A stretch of 63,913 nucleotides of DNA, the filler included, from Reticulomyxa filosa (Eukaryota > Protista > Foraminifera): the NCBI GenBank assembly GCA_000512085.1. It is 17 parts of 17 records of this genome, joined end to end, with 100 filler letters (N's around TTAATTAATTAA, not from the genome) between each part and the next. Parts side by side here need not be neighbours in the genome. Positions count along the whole stretch, not along the records: positions 16,067 to 38,036 come from ASPP01007064.1; positions 38,137 to 39,295 come from ASPP01034253.1; 15 more parts are not named here. One strand, 5' to 3'. Below, one piece after another: positions 24,331 through 38,650 of this stretch. The notes beneath the pieces were generated by a model. It searched no databases and was not told the origin of the DNA. It saw only the letters and a list, made by a program, of their open reading frames with translations. Position 1 is the stretch's first letter. Every line of letters starts with the position of its first letter. The position numbers and the translations under genes were made by a program.

Positions 24331-27300
24331 ATGTATCTTCGAACCATAGCGGATGAGAACTTACTCCCAGGAGATGGTACTTTATATGTTTGCGTTTTCT
24401 TTTATGTACCTTTTTTTCTCGTTATGTGCTAAGTATAATTGAAAGACAAATGAAACGGCACAGAGCTATATGTCCTCAAAAATGTTCCAAAATCGACTGC
24501 GGAGCCTCTGGCCGATGCAATGGTGTCGTTTTTAATGCAGAAGGCTCATGAAGACGCGACATTGTTATCAAAAGAGCACGTTGAATGGGTGATGCAAATT
24601 ACAGGCCACGCGTTTAGTTTGACAATCAATGAGAGTGTAAACCGTATTTTGGACAACGCGACACAAATTTATGAGCGATGGTTAAACCCGTTAACCCAAC
24701 CGAAGTCGATCGCCGAGAACTGTGAGTATTTTGCAAAAGTGAGTAATGTGATTTTATTATATGGCGAGTGTACTTGTTTTTTTTTTTGAGAGGAGGGTGA
24801 GGAAAAAAAAAGGGACAGACAATTAAAATCCAAAAACGTATACTAAAAAAAATTCCTTCCCTTTTTTTTTTTAAGTAAAAAGAAATATAACAAAGCATTG
24901 CAAAAAAAAAAAAAAAAACGGAAAATGTGTGGTCATTTATCATTTGTCTTCAAAACTCGTGACATCACACCAGAGAACCCAATGTTTGCAAAGCACGTCG
25001 AGTTGTGTCGACGTGTGTTATCTATCTACTCTCGTTCCGCAAGAAGCCCGCCAAAGGCAGTGGACATAACCAAATGGAATGAATTCTTGTGTCGTGTATT
25101 TTTAGGTATTTGTTCGGAAGTGATGAAAGTTTTGTGAGTCGAATAATTTTGTATATATGTATACATATTTATATATACATATATATATGCACATATGTAT
25201 ATATGTACATATATATGTATATATGTAATGATTAGATGACTGGAGAACGCGCAGCTCTTGGCAATCAGATTGAACAAGACCTATTCTTTTGTTTGTTTGA
25301 CATATGGATCCGTGCGCAAATCCAAAACAACGAGTTGTGGGAGAAGCTGTCGAAGCTAGTGCGCAGCGGCGACTGGGTATACCGACAGTGGTTCATTGAG
25401 GGTTGGGGTTTGTCTTGCACAGCGCTGGCGCGTCGATTGACGTATATGCTGTACGGGGGCGACAACGGCAGTTCGGTGGTGGAGATCTATTGGCCGTTGA
25501 TCGGGTCGCAATCGCGAAGTGTGGACTACTCATTGCGAGGGAGTCAGTTGATCAACACGCATCACAAGCGTCTGAACGTAACTACGCCGACAGGCGCAAT
25601 AAATGCGACGGGAGTCCATTTCGTGAGTGGCCCGACCTCACCGACGGCACATGTGGACAATGATAAAGACGAGAGAATGTTCCACTCACCTGCCAGTCCC
25701 ACAGGCGGTGGTAGTGGTGGTGGAAACGATGCGTATCATCAGAAGACATATAGGTTTGGCCAGAGTGAACTGAATGTTATCAGCGAACATAAGACCGACA
25801 AGCAAGATAACGAGTCGAGGTTCGACTCGGAGAGCAGTCCGAGAGCCACCGTGGCGAGCAAGAAGCAACAACAGCTGGTCGAAGTGGCCTACATGCAGGG
25901 ACAAGGCTCAGTGTTTGGACAGTCGCAGAGCAGTGTCTCCAATCTTCATTCCACCACAGGGGGGGATGTCTTGGCCATGGTCACCGCCGTCGACGTCACT
26001 GAGCCCAAATTAGTTGGGTCAATTTTATTTATTCTATTCCCCTTCCGATCCCATTACACAAGGAGGAGAGATGGAGGGATACACTACTTTTTTTTTTTTT
26101 TTAAAACTACAAATAATAAATAAATATCCTCCCCCTTTTTTTTTTTTTTTTTTAGGTAATATACTTATGGAATGAAATGCTAAGTGTGCTGGACATCAAC
26201 TCGGTCAGTGACCCGGACTGCTTTGCCATTGCCGTGGCATGGGTGTCGTACATGGTGGACATGTTCAGCAATGTGACGGTGACGATCAACCAACGACGCA
26301 GCGGACTGCTCCCTCCAGATGGCAACACGGTGCTACAGATCTTTGGAAACAAACTCTTCACGGCCTCGCTGAAAGTGAGCGGATTCGAGGCTGCCCATGC
26401 CATTTCCTTAGGGGGTCTCTGTCGTGTGTTTTGCGGACGACCCTTCACTGAGTTCCAAGACAAGTATCTGCTCAACTTTTATCACACCGTCGAAAGCTTT
26501 CTCAAAAATACACAAGACATCAAAGAGGCCAGGAAGCAAGTCATCATGCATGGCGCAAGTCTGTTCGCTTGCGGCTTCGCCGGCGCCCGATCTTTGGTCG
26601 ATGTCTTTCTCTATCATATTCGCGCCATTTTCCAAAGTCAGACCAAAGACGCCCGTCTGCGATCGTGCGCCATTACCATGTTGGCGTCCTTTGTTTGCTT
26701 GGAGTGGCATTTTTGGCCGTCTGATGCTGTTATTTATCTTTTTTTTTAAAAAAATAAAATATATATATATGTATATACTTTTGATGATAATGTTGAAACA
26801 GAGCCAGTCAAAAGGAAGAGGGGAGAGAGGATTAGGTGGTTCATGATTTTTTTTTTTTTTAATCGTTTAAAAAAACAAAAAAATTTTGTTGATACAGAAT
26901 AAACCGTCCACTCAAATGAGCAAATTCAAGCACAGCTTGAGCAAACTTTCTGATACTTTGGCAGCTGGTCTGTCTACAGAGGAAAATGAATATAACCTAG
27001 TCAATTTAATTTGGCTTATTTGGTGAGCCTATATTTATACATATATATGTTTATGTATATATGTATGTACACGTATGTAATGTCGCATTGACAAACCATT
27101 TGGATTGAATGACAGTACGTATCTCCATGTCTGCGCTCGAAATATTACACCGTCGAGACAGTTCCCGGTGAAACTGGTCAATTTGATGTGGGAATGTGTG
27201 AGCAAACGTATTTCCCGAGTTTGGTATTGAGCCTAGAACAACGTTTTTTTGTTTTTTTTTTGATGATATTGAAACAACAACAACAAAAGGTTGTTTGAAA

Positions 27301-30300
27301 AAAAAAAAAAAAAAAAAGGTAAACAAGAACGGCGTTTGAAGCGTTGTCGAGCGTGATATCGCTGGCAAAGTATTTGAAAAAGTCGCAAACGCCAGTGCTG
27401 ACAGCGAAATGGTTCGAAGATATGTGTTTGTACGCAGTGGACAATCTGACGAAAAAAAAGAGCGAGTTTGAGTCGAGACGGTCGCTCGGCTTGGAGTGCA
27501 TGAAGTGTCTGTTAGTGTGGGTGCGAAGTGATCCAGAGATTCTGACGCAGGTGGATGCGTCCATGCAACTGCAAGCATTGGTTCGAAAGAGTCTTACCGT
27601 TGGCATCGACCAGGCCAATGCCCCAAACACGCCGTGGCAAACGGCAATGACGTCCAAGTCTTCGCAAGACACGATCCAAAGTCGAAACAATATCCGCGAT
27701 ATTCGTGTCACCGCCCTGGCTTTGGCGAGAGAGTTGACTAATGACTTGGGCAGTTATACGGGCACTACTACTCAGCCTCTGCAAAAATTTGCTGAAACTG
27801 CTTTGGAAGAGGTTTATTTATTTATTTTATTTTATTTATTTTAAAAAAGCATATATATGTATATATATATATATATGTTTGTTTGTTTGTTTGTTTGTTT
27901 GTTTCTGAATCAAAAAGAGCCAAATTGAAGAGCACATAGAGCGTATCAAGCAGAAGCTGACACCAAGCGAAGCAAGCAAGTGGAAATGGACGTCGACTGA
28001 TCGCATTCGCTTTTTCAGCTATCGACGCGAGCGTATGATAACGATCGTGGAAATGCCCAGAGTCGACGACTCGTCCTTCTTGGCCGACACTGCGGATGTG
28101 ACTAGTCTCGATCTAAACGATTCATCCGGAGGAGCAGGAGCAGAGGAAGTAACTCCAAAGAAGCCAGGGAAACAGACGGAGGATCTCGATCGTGACACTG
28201 TCGTGAGTCCAAATGCCAAGTCCCCGTCGCGCACGTTGTCTCCGTCGTCCGAAAAAAGCAAAGTGGAAAACAGTTCCGCGGGGGCGGCGAGGACGAGAAA
28301 AAAAAGGAGAGTCAAAGCGGATCGGTGAAGTCGTCCTTGTGGGGGTCGTGCATCGACGCGACGATGAAACAGAACTTGGAGCGGTATCCGTGGAGAAAGC
28401 CGCCGTTGTCGCAGGCCAACTTTGCCGACGAAAAGGACTTGGAAAACTATTGCAATCTTTACAAAAACAAGCAGGAAACCAAGTCACGTCTCTGCAACTT
28501 AATCATCCTTGTGCGGGATGCCTTTGGCAAATACGCTTGGGAAACCACTTGTCACTATGATGACTTGCACGAATTGGCTCCTCCTATTCAAGAATCCAAG
28601 ACCAAATCAATTCATTCCTCTCCTGAAGTTTCTTATTTTTATCCCATATACATATATACATATATGTATATATATATGTATATATATATATATATATATG
28701 TATTGTGTATAGACACCGAGCACTCAAGATGTGTTTAGTGAAATATTCGCAAATTCGCAACGATTTGCGAAGGACAAGAAATTTCTGGAAAAGTCGAGCG
28801 AGATAATGGTGAACATTGACACTGACGTTGACGACGGCGAGACAAAGCCAAGCGACGAGAAACAGGCGAAAAAACGACAAGTGGACATCGGTTCCCACGC
28901 GACCGTAAGAAGGTGAAGAGTGTGAAGATGAGTCCGGACATTCTCGAAAAGCAGATTGAAAACAAGGTCAAGTCGAACCACGCGGCGTGGAGCTCTTGCT
29001 TCGTGTCGGACAATTGGATGCTTGATCTGAAGCAAGACTCGTCGGTCAAGCAATTGGCGGATGCAATTCAAATGCAGCAAGTCAACGAAGCGAGTATTAT
29101 CGAGTTCCACAAGAAATTTCAAGAAAAGTCGGGCTACTCAACCAAAACAATAACAACACCAATATCTCCTTCTTCTTCATCATCATTTCCTTCGTTTATG
29201 GATAGTGTAGATATCTACAGTGCGACGAAGCCTCCATCTCCGCCTCCGATAGACGAAGCAGCGACATTTTGTATGGCCGCAAGTTGCTGAGCACTCTGGG
29301 ACTGCTAAAGTTCCACTTGCCGACACCAGAGCACGACCGGGACTTGGAGATATTGGACACGGAGTGGAACGCGGCAGCGGCGGAGATGTTTTCCTCGTCA
29401 GCATATTCGAATGGAGGAGGGGATGAGAGTCATGAGCCACCAACATTAGGAGTGGTCGATTCATCATCGTCATCATCATTGCCATCGTCGTTATCATCAA
29501 CAGCAATGAATTGGACAAATCGCAATGATCTACGGTCGGCATTGGACGCGTTGGACAAGGTGGCCATGTTGGATCAATTGGACGTGTCGCTATTGGTACA
29601 CGATGTAGATCGCAACAAGAATGTGCCGTTGGAACAGGTGCAATTCAGCGACTTGGACATGCTTCGCACTAGCGACGCGAGGAGCCATAGCAACGAGTTC
29701 AAGCATTTGCTAAGCAAGCTATCCAATCATGTGGACCTGGACACGCACTCTGGCTATTGCGGAGGACTGACTCGCCACGACTGCAAGCGCATCTATTACT
29801 ACGCCAATCGCACGCACGAAATCGTGTTCCACGTGCCGTCGCTCATGACTAAGTCCGAGTTTGCACGCAAAAAAGACATTTACTTTTCCACACCCATTCG
29901 AATCATTTGGTCCAAGTCCAAAGCGCCCATCTTCTTGTCCACCCAATTCAAACCCAATCCACGCTTCAAGCGTCCAGACACGCCCATTATTTACATTCGT
30001 CTGACCCCGCTCGAGGCCGGGCTCTATCGCGTGTCCATTCAAGGAGACCTGGTCCTTGAACATTTGCAAGGCAAACGAGACAAGAGAGTCGCTATTGATA
30101 ACGACACAAACGTTTTGGCTCTTTTTTTTTATTAAAAAAATATATATATATACATATATATGTATAATGTATATATGATATATGTATATAATGCAAGTTG
30201 GTTTGTGTTGTGCATCCTCTCAGACATTCATCACCTCGGAATTGACAGGACGAATTATTGGTCCGGAAATCCCAATGACAGGGGCATCCAAACTCGTCAT

Positions 30301-30668
30301 TGGACCTTTGCTGGACTCCATGGTGGTCTCCGAAAGCATTCTGCCTCATTTGCTCAGAGAGACTATTCTAAATGCAGCGCATCTCATTTCTGGAGAAACA
30401 GTTGAGCATTTTGCTTTGCATTGCAATGCATATTTCTTCTCGTTGTTTGAAACTGCCATTTTTTGTACACTTTGCACAGAATGAATGTCCCGTTTATGAG
30501 TCGTTGCTTATGCGGCAGCAAATGATCTTCCAAATTTCAACCAACTTCTGTCGCTTCAATTCCAATGAAACTGCTGATTACTACAAGTGTTTCTTCCTTG
30601 ATCCAAAGCAAACCAAAAAACAAAGACCAGACCGAACCTCGCGATCCAAATCCATTCAACCTGAATGA
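24331..30668 (+). CDS. RALGAPB: Ral GTPase-activating protein beta-like (C-terminal RapGAP-type domain), multi-exon
   Basis: HVEWVMQITGHAFSL, PDGNTVLQIFG, IILVRDAFGKYAW, VDLDTHSGYCGGL, YYAN..EIVFHVPSLM, GPLLDSMVVS..L..LLRETILN. Confidence 0.8.
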
Positions 30669-31254
30669 AACTACTTTTTTTTTTTTTTTGAACCGTGATG
30701 AAGTTGTTGACACATTTGGACTAATCTTTTTTTTTTTCATGTTGGCATATCAAGCGAAAATGTCTAAATTTCAATAATTTTTTTTTTTCTCGTTTGCTTT
30801 CTTGTGTATGATTTTGTTGTAATTGGATTTTTGAATTTGGAAAAAAATACAAGGTATTCTGATGATTTGTGTGTTACTTCGGTTGGATGATTTTTCTGGG
30901 CTCATCGACTTGTGTTTGTTCACTAGGTTCTGTATAATTTCATGATTGAAATACTGTTGGTTATGTGGCTAATATTAAATCACATTTTAAAATTGTGTGA
31001 AAAACTCACCACTTCTATTCAAAGGACTCAGCTAACATTAAAATCTCAAAACTGCTAGTGATGTTAACAAAAATTGGTGATAGCATGCTTTTGTTCCACG
31101 TGCCAATATGAATGAAAAAGAGACTTGAAAAGGCTACCATAAAGCAATGAAATTGGATTGTAAAAAAAAAGGATTGATTTGGTTTGTTAATAACACAGAT
31201 ATGGAATAACAAGCAATTTGATTTAACAACTCCAAAAAAAAAAAAAAACTTGTG

Positions 31255-32446
31255 TCAATCAATATATGTGCAAAAATTGTTAAACAAGGATATGTTAAAA
31301 GTAAGACGAGTTTGTTGTTTACTCCTCTTCTTCTTCGAAAGGAGATTTTTTTCCTTTTTTTTGAGGAAGGATTCGTTTGAGATCTGGAGGGGTGGACGAA
31401 TGGTGTTGCGTTGCAGTAGACTTGTTTGCCTCATGAAAGACCTGGTCTTGGTCCGTAAAACCAGGTTTGAAGCTCTTCCAACCGCTATCCCAACTGGACG
31501 AATAGGAGTCATAGTCTTCTTCATTGTAAGTGAAGGTACGATCCAACACACTCCAACCTTTGCCAGTGTACCGTTTCGTAATGTCGTAATTTTCAAAATC
31601 CACATGCGTCCAATCATGACCTTCGTCTACATCATAGTACTTACCGGAATTGGCTCCACCTTCGTGCCACTTTTTGTTTACGTCCAAACTACGGGTGAGG
31701 TTTGGAGTTTTCGATGAGAATTTGCTTCGTTCTACGGGGTCTTGCTGAGGTAGTCGATTCACTTTGTTTATTTGTTTTGTTTGTTTATCTTGTTACTGGC
31801 TCTATCTTGGACATGGCTCCAAATTTATTTTTTGTTTGGGAAAGGAGAAAAAAACGGAACAGTCCCAAGGACCACGACTCTTGGAAAGTAAATGAGGATT
31901 TATTGGATCATGTTCTTTCTTTTTAATATTCAAAATGGATTGTATACGGTCTACTGGACGAGCAATTATAGCGTGATTCTCGGCACGATGATAAATAATG
32001 GGTAATTTGAGTTGATGTGTTCTGTAGTTGTCGCGGGTTAACTTTTGCACACATGCCTCGACGTCTTCTTCGAAGGAACCAATTGAGTCCGCCAATGGAG
32101 GCTCTGTCCAATAGCTGAAAGGTAACTCCAACTTTTGACGGATCTCAAACAATTGTTGCTTCCTTGGAGGATCGACGGTCACGTCTTGTAGTGCTATCAC
32201 TGTGTCCAGTCCTAACGATGTCAAATATTTTAAAGCCTTTTCTGAGTGCTCACATTTTGAACGATACAACATCACCAGTCCCTTTATCGTTTGATTGATC
32301 GCCGGAGTATTATCAAACGAAAAACCCATTCGTTTGGAATGATGGTGTAATGAATGCCGGAGTATTCGTGATATTCGTGTGTTCATCATTTTTTTGGGAG
32401 GAAGGGGAAATTTCAATTTTTTAGAACTGTCTGGTTGTTCCTTCAC
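31255..32446 (-). CDS. Hypothetical protein, multi-exon, possible mitochondrial presequence
   Basis: Long ORFs 31802-32446 and 31319-31762 separated by intron-like tracts; MMNTRISRILRHSLHH resembles a targeting peptide. No family recognised. Confidence 0.5.
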
Positions 32447-32790
32447 TGAATAAAAAAATTAATTTTTCATTGCCTTCAATGTTTTACTGATCCTTTTTTT
32501 GTTTTGTCAACCTAAGATACTCACAATTTGATTTTATAGAAAAACAGCAAAAACATCATGCGCAGACATGTAACAAAGATCAGTCAACGAAAAAAAATCT
32601 TCAACAAGTACTAAGTGTTGAAGGCCTTCCGTAAATGTTTCTGGAATTGTTAAAAATGTCTGAAGGTCAGTTTTGCGGAAGTGGGGAAAGGGGAAAAAAG
32701 AAAAGGCAGCAAAAATTGTTGATCTAATCATGATCGTGAAGACATACCTCTAGAAAAGTGAATCATTTTTAATTCTATTTTACCAACTAC

Positions 32791-34595
32791 ATGAAAAGCA
32801 AAGGGCAAAATCATAATTTCGAGACTTCAACAATCCCTAGTCCGCGACTGAATGGCAGCGCAAAGCTAGCCCATCGTCGTCATTTCCACAAAGTAATGAG
32901 AACACACAACCCCTCTCTGTGGAGAAAAAAAACAAAATAAAAACAAAATAAAAGAACAACCCCATCCACCAGCTTTGGCAAAAGACGCTAAAGAATTGGG
33001 ACGCATCAAACAAAGAAATGTTAAAGCCCGTGGCGAAATTAGTGTGCAACTACGACGTACCTGCATGCATTCGCTTCAAGGCCTGGTATTGTTTGGGGGA
33101 TGTGAAGTCCTTTATGGAGAAGTATTGAACACCAAAACAAAAACAGAGACAGCAGCATAAAGAGTACGTACAGACGGTTGCTATCTGATTCCAAGCCGAC
33201 TCCGCTATTCCAAAAGATTTACGTCGACGTTGTCAGAACATTCTCCCCAGCCCAATTGCAATCGTTTTGTATGTGTGTATGTTTAAAAAAAAAAAAAGAA
33301 TTGAAGTTCAATCCCCCTCTTTTTTTTTTAAAAAAAAAAAACAAAAACAAAAAACAAACAAATAGTAACATGTTACTGTCAGTTAGATTGCAGCGTATAT
33401 TGACAGGCATGTAAAAGTACATATATGTATACACACATATGTATGTGCATCATTTCTCAAATTTGAACAAATTTTAAAAAAAATATGTTTTTTTTTGGGG
33501 GGGGGGGGGTAAAAGTAAATAAAATGAAGCATATGCAACATTAGATACGGGGATTGGGTATTGCCAAGGGATGAACTATATCGCGGCGTTTATTTTGAAG
33601 CAAAGTGAGGTGTATCGGGAGTGCCTGCACGCGCAGACGTGTCGAGATACGATCGACAGCGAGAGTGACGAAGAAGACGAGGCCGGGGATGGCTGTCGTC
33701 AGCAGCACCTGAAATCGCAGATCAAATCGGATCGACATGATTCTTCTCCAAGCGCTTCCAGGGAAGACCATCCAACCGACGCACTCCAAACAGCAATCAC
33801 AATTACCGACACCTCCACTCCATTGGACACTTCTACTATCGATGAATTGGAAGAGCAGTCCTTTTGGTTGTTTGCTCGGATGATCTCTAAAGTTCGTTCA
33901 CTGTTTACTGATGGAATACCTGGGTATCATTTTTTTTTTTTTTGTCCATTTTTTTTTTTGGAAAATATTTATTAAAAAAAAATAGGTTTTACGTAATTTG
34001 CGACGTCTTCAAAGAAATGTGCAGAAAATACTTAGGAGAAACACTGTCGAAGCGCTTGGTTGACGACTTTGAGATGATCCCGTTGGTGTGCAGTTCTTGG
34101 TTTCATACGCTTTTCATAAACAACTGCGATGTGAATACAGAAGATGTAAGCTTGCGACTTTGGGATGTCATGATTGGTGTGCATCGCATGGAAGTCACCT
34201 TTTTTTTAAAAATGGGCCTTTCGATTCTTCGCTTTTATGAAAATGATTTGCTGGTCATGAACAGCGACCAAATCGTCTCTTTTTTGAAGATGATTGACAT
34301 GTCCAAACTGCACCCTTTGCACAGCTTGAGCAAGGCACGGTCGTCCAATGACACACATCGAACTACACAAACTGCCAAGCGCCCTCGTCTTAGTCTTCTT
34401 CCGAGGAGCACAAGTTTGGGTGGTCATCTCGGGATCATAGCAATATCGCTGGTAGTGTCGTACGACCCAATTTTTACAAAACGTTGGATCTCAATGACTG
34501 TATCAAATATGCTATTCAACAAATCCATTTTGATAAACATATCTCACATAAACTCTGCAATTTGTGAAAGGCTTCAATTGACTTGTCGTTTTTAA
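32791..34595 (+). CDS. TBC-domain Rab GTPase-activating protein, multi-exon
   Basis: IYVDVVRT (Arg finger), GYCQGMNYIAAFIL (Gln finger), EEQSFWLF, WFHTLF, LRLWD. Ends approximate. Confidence 0.88.
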
Positions 34596-35648
34596 TTATT
34601 TGATCAATCCATCTCTTTTATCCTCCTCTTTGCTCTCTCTTCTAATTTTTTTCTTCCGTTTTCTTCAGTTCCAAATGTTTTGTATGTCGCACGGTTAAAA
34701 ATTGTATCAAATTTTTTTTTAATAATACGATTATTGTCTGTTTTTATGTTTTTTGTTTTTGGATACTTGGTGCTTTTCAATTTCTCCTAAATATTTTTTA
34801 TGCCGTTTTCAGTCAAGCGCCATTTATTTCATTCCTCCTTTTATCTTTTGTTGTTTGTTTAAAGCATTTCTTCCTAGAGATTTATCTTTTTCAAAAAATC
34901 CTTTTTGGAAGGTATTTTTTTAACATTGATACGAACATTTCATTTCCAGCGAAGAAAAGACGCGTAGATTGTGGGCTTCAACACCAAATTTTTTTTCTTA
35001 TATTTTATCTTATTTTTTCAATAAGCCTTTAAAAATGTTTAAAAGAAGTGTTGCTTTTATCCAGGCAGGACAAAATAAACAAGTAAGATATTTGAAGATG
35101 AATTGTAAAACATTAACAGAGTGAACACTTTTATCCACAACAATCAATTTCAGTAAAAAATTTTCAATATACCTTTGAGTTATTAAATTATGAATATACA
35201 TTTTGACACATCATACTGTATACGTTATTATTCATTTGGCCAATTGTAATCGATTTGTTGAAATCTGTTTGATTTGTCTCAAAATGAAAGGGATAATAAG
35301 TACTGAGAAAAAGTTTATTTCAAAAAAAAGCAAATGCTATTGTATTGGAGCTGTCAAGTAATAGAGCATAAGAACTTTTTCTATCTTTATCTTAGTTGTC
35401 AATTGTAGTTTTTTTTTTAATGTACGTAATAATGTTCATCCAAAAAAAAATGTATTAGTTTTTTCCTCCTTGAATTATCTACAATCAAAAATCGCATTAA
35501 ATGTTGTCAATTGTTGTTATTCACACAATTGCGCTCACACAAATCAAAAAAAAACGAGACAAGCAAATAAAATAATTTTTAAAAACACGAAAAAAAAAAT
35601 AATGGCGTTTTGAACTGGGAACCAGCATGAAGGACAATTTACAACAAA

Positions 35649-36065
35649 CTATCTCTTTCCTTCCTGCTTGTTTTTATCAACAGTAGCAATGAACGCTGCA
35701 ACCGCAACAATGATAATCAAAAGAAATATGACGACAATCCACCCGTTTCTCCGCGTGAACGAGTTACAAGGGGTGAGCTTATGCAAACGTTTGATGCCTT
35801 TGTCACCATCCTCGTTGATACCAACAAAAGTGTGTGACAAGCCGTCTATATCTGGTTGTTCAGGGTCAACAAGGGAATCCATTCTGGCAAACATTTCTTT
35901 CATCTCGGACAGTTCATCTGACACGTCATTAATCGTTCGATGTGTCTCTGCAAACTTGTTTTCGTCGTCACTTCTTAACTCATTTGTACCCATTTCAATT
36001 CGGTATTGCTCTTGCAAGTCTTTCATCGACAATAAGTTCGAAAACGCATTGTCGGAATTTGTCAT
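35649..36065 (-). CDS. Short syntaxin-like t-SNARE with C-terminal TM
   Basis: INDVSDELSEMKEMFARMDSLVDPEQPDID resembles the Qa SNARE motif; TM segment WIVVIFLLIIIVAVAAFIA. Confidence 0.7.
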   Translation of the reverse strand: MTNSDNAFSNLLSMKDLQEQYRIEMGTNELRSDDENKFAETHRTINDVSDELSEMKEMFARMDSLVDPEQPDIDGLSHTFVGINEDGDKGIKRLHKLTPCNSFTRRNGWIVVIFLLIIIVAVAAFIATVDKNKQEGKR

Positions 36066-37448
36066 GTCATTTTTTCTAATTCCATAAATTTAAACAAAAC
36101 AATCCTCCATTTATCTTTTAAAACTTTCATCAAAAATTTTTTTAAAAATAACTTGGATAACAACGGCACTTTCTCCGAGTTTCCGTCTTTCAAAACATCG
36201 CTACTCAAATACGTATTCATCCCAAACTTCCATTTAAGTTTCGAACATCAAAAAAAAAGGGAAGAAAAGGCAAAACTCATGGGGCTTATAGGTTTCAAAT
36301 CGGTGTTTGGCTGTTTGCAGCAAGCCACGAAATTGTTTTACATATCGACCAAGTTCATTCTCAATTTCCTTTTTTTTTTTTGTTAAAGGGACAGAACCCA
36401 ATGTCCGCTTTAGTGAACGACATTAGTGTAACGAGAGAAAATAAATTTATTTTTAAAAAAATTTATAAATTTTTTTTTGAACAGGGACCCGAATATGTTA
36501 ACGCATGTTTCTCAACTGGTCTGACGTACTCCATCTTGCGTAGGGTGGATGTCACTTGTTCCAGCTTCGTTTTTATATCTGATCTGAAGGATAGACTAAT
36601 TTACCCCCCCCAAAGTATGTATGTGGTACCCACTTGTTGTTTACAAGGGGCATGCATCCTTTTTTTTAAAGATGAATAGAAACAGAGATTAATGACACTG
36701 ACAATCGTTTACGCTCTTCGCTGGTGTCTAGTGATGTACCGATCGAATTTGTCATCTGCTTCATCATTGCTAAGTTCTCACCGACATCTTGTAGCATTTG
36801 TATCACTTCCCACGCTCCGTCGTCATCACTTTAGTTTTTCCCCCACAAAAATCACCTTTTTTTTCCCTTATATTGTCCATCTTTCAACCATAAGGAACAC
36901 ACAATCAAATCAAAAATCCAAAACTTTGAACTTAAATAATTCTCTTCTTGTCGCATGCCTTGTTGGATGCCGCGAGCAATAATAGCGGCAAAGAGGGGAA
37001 AAAAAAAAAAAAAATCATTATGGTTCGTCTTTGCGTGATACCATTGTTACTTATTATGAAGTCAAAACATTTGCTTGAACAAAAAAAAGAAAGCTAGCCT
37101 TTTGTGATAAAATATAGAACAAGTGAGTCACAGTGATGTTATAGTGACACTTTGAGCACGAACTTAGTTTCACTTAAATTTAAGGTAAAGCATTTGATTT
37201 TTCCACCAACAGTGGTAATTGTGCTTGATTTATCAAAAAAAGTGGATTTTTTTCATTTTGTAGCCCTCATTTTTCTCTTTCTCTAGCCAACGGTTTCTAC
37301 CTATGCAATTGGTAGAAGAATTTTTAAGTGACTGGTTGAAAAATTTTGTGCGTAATATCTGTTTTCTTATGCACACCTTTCACAAAACAATCAAATGCTT
37401 TTTTTTTCCCGTTGCAAAAAAAAATAAAAAAGGGAAGACATGTTTTGC

Positions 37449-37935
37449 TCAATCGTCTTCTTCCATTGCCTCTCGCACCATCTGTGCGACTTCCTCTGGC
37501 GACATCATATCATCATCATCTTCTTTTTTACCCGCCAACTCTTCTTGTGGCGGATATCTCAATGACTGTTGTAATTGTTATTATTGTTAATTATTGTAAT
37601 TGTAATATGTTGTTGAGCAATGCAATTAGTTAAAAAAAAAAAGATTAACTTTGATGGCTTGAGTATGAATATCTAAACAAAAGCGAATTCTGGTGGCAAA
37701 GTTTTGATAAGGCTCGTCAGTGGTATAGACATGATGAATTTGCTTACTTTGCACCCATTTGTTGTCATAGTCAATGGTGGCATCAATGACCCATCGCGAA
37801 TGGCTTTGCCGACAATATAATAGGCATCTTCTTCCGTGTCCAATGACAACTTGCGACAGACATCGATCAATGAAATGCGGCTGTAGCTTTTATTGATTTT
37901 GCGGAGACCAGTTTTAATGACATTATGGCGCAATC
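37449..37935 (-). CDS. PSMD3: 26S proteasome lid subunit Rpn3 C-terminus (5'-truncated)
   Basis: LRHNVIKTGLRKINKSYSRISL..YIVGKAIRDG/IDATID..YTTDEP..F..RIRFCLDIH..LRYPP. Confidence 0.93.
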
Positions 37936-38136
37936 TTTTTTTTTTTTGTGCAATGGTGTGGTGTGGTGTATTATTTGTATGTGATGAGAATCAATATAAT
38001 GGATATATACACACATCATAATACAAATAAATAAGTNNNNNNNNNNNNNNNNNNNNNNNNNNNNNNNNNNNNNNNNNNNNTTAATTAATTAANNNNNNNN
38101 NNNNNNNNNNNNNNNNNNNNNNNNNNNNNNNNNNNN

Positions 38137-38650
38137 TTTTGCTAATTGATCAATATTTGTTGCAACAACAACAATTCCCTGTTGCTTATTATTAATCATT
38201 TCATTTACCATTTCATGTGCTTTTTTATTTGCTTCATTCCATGAAAAATCTTTATCAAGCTCAGTATCTAAACTTTTATATTTCACTATATCATCTTTTT
38301 TTTCATTTTCTGGATATTTCTTTTCATCATTATAATAATTGTCTATTTTATCAATCCGTTATTATTGTCAACAAGTAAATAAAATTAAATAAAAAATAGA
38401 AACAAAACTTTGAATAAAATGGATAAAAAAAAACAGACTTCATTTTGAACGCAATTCTTAATTCTCTGTTACTGGTAATATACTGATCATTATTGTCAGC
38501 AATTTTAAAATTGGGTATAGAATCTATTGTTTTACTGTTAGTAGTGTTAATAAGCTCTATCACTTTTTCTTTCAATCTTTTTAATCTCAGGAAAACAAGT
38601 GTCACTTTATGCATTTCGTTTTCAATAGAAACAAAAGCTTTGTAAGGCAT
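38137..38650 (-). CDS. Lineage-expanded family protein N-terminus (ubiquitin/PB1-like start), 3'-truncated
   Basis: MPYKAFVSIENEMHKVTL..LKEKV..YITSNRELRIAF is paralogous to 39396-39685. Confidence 0.5.
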
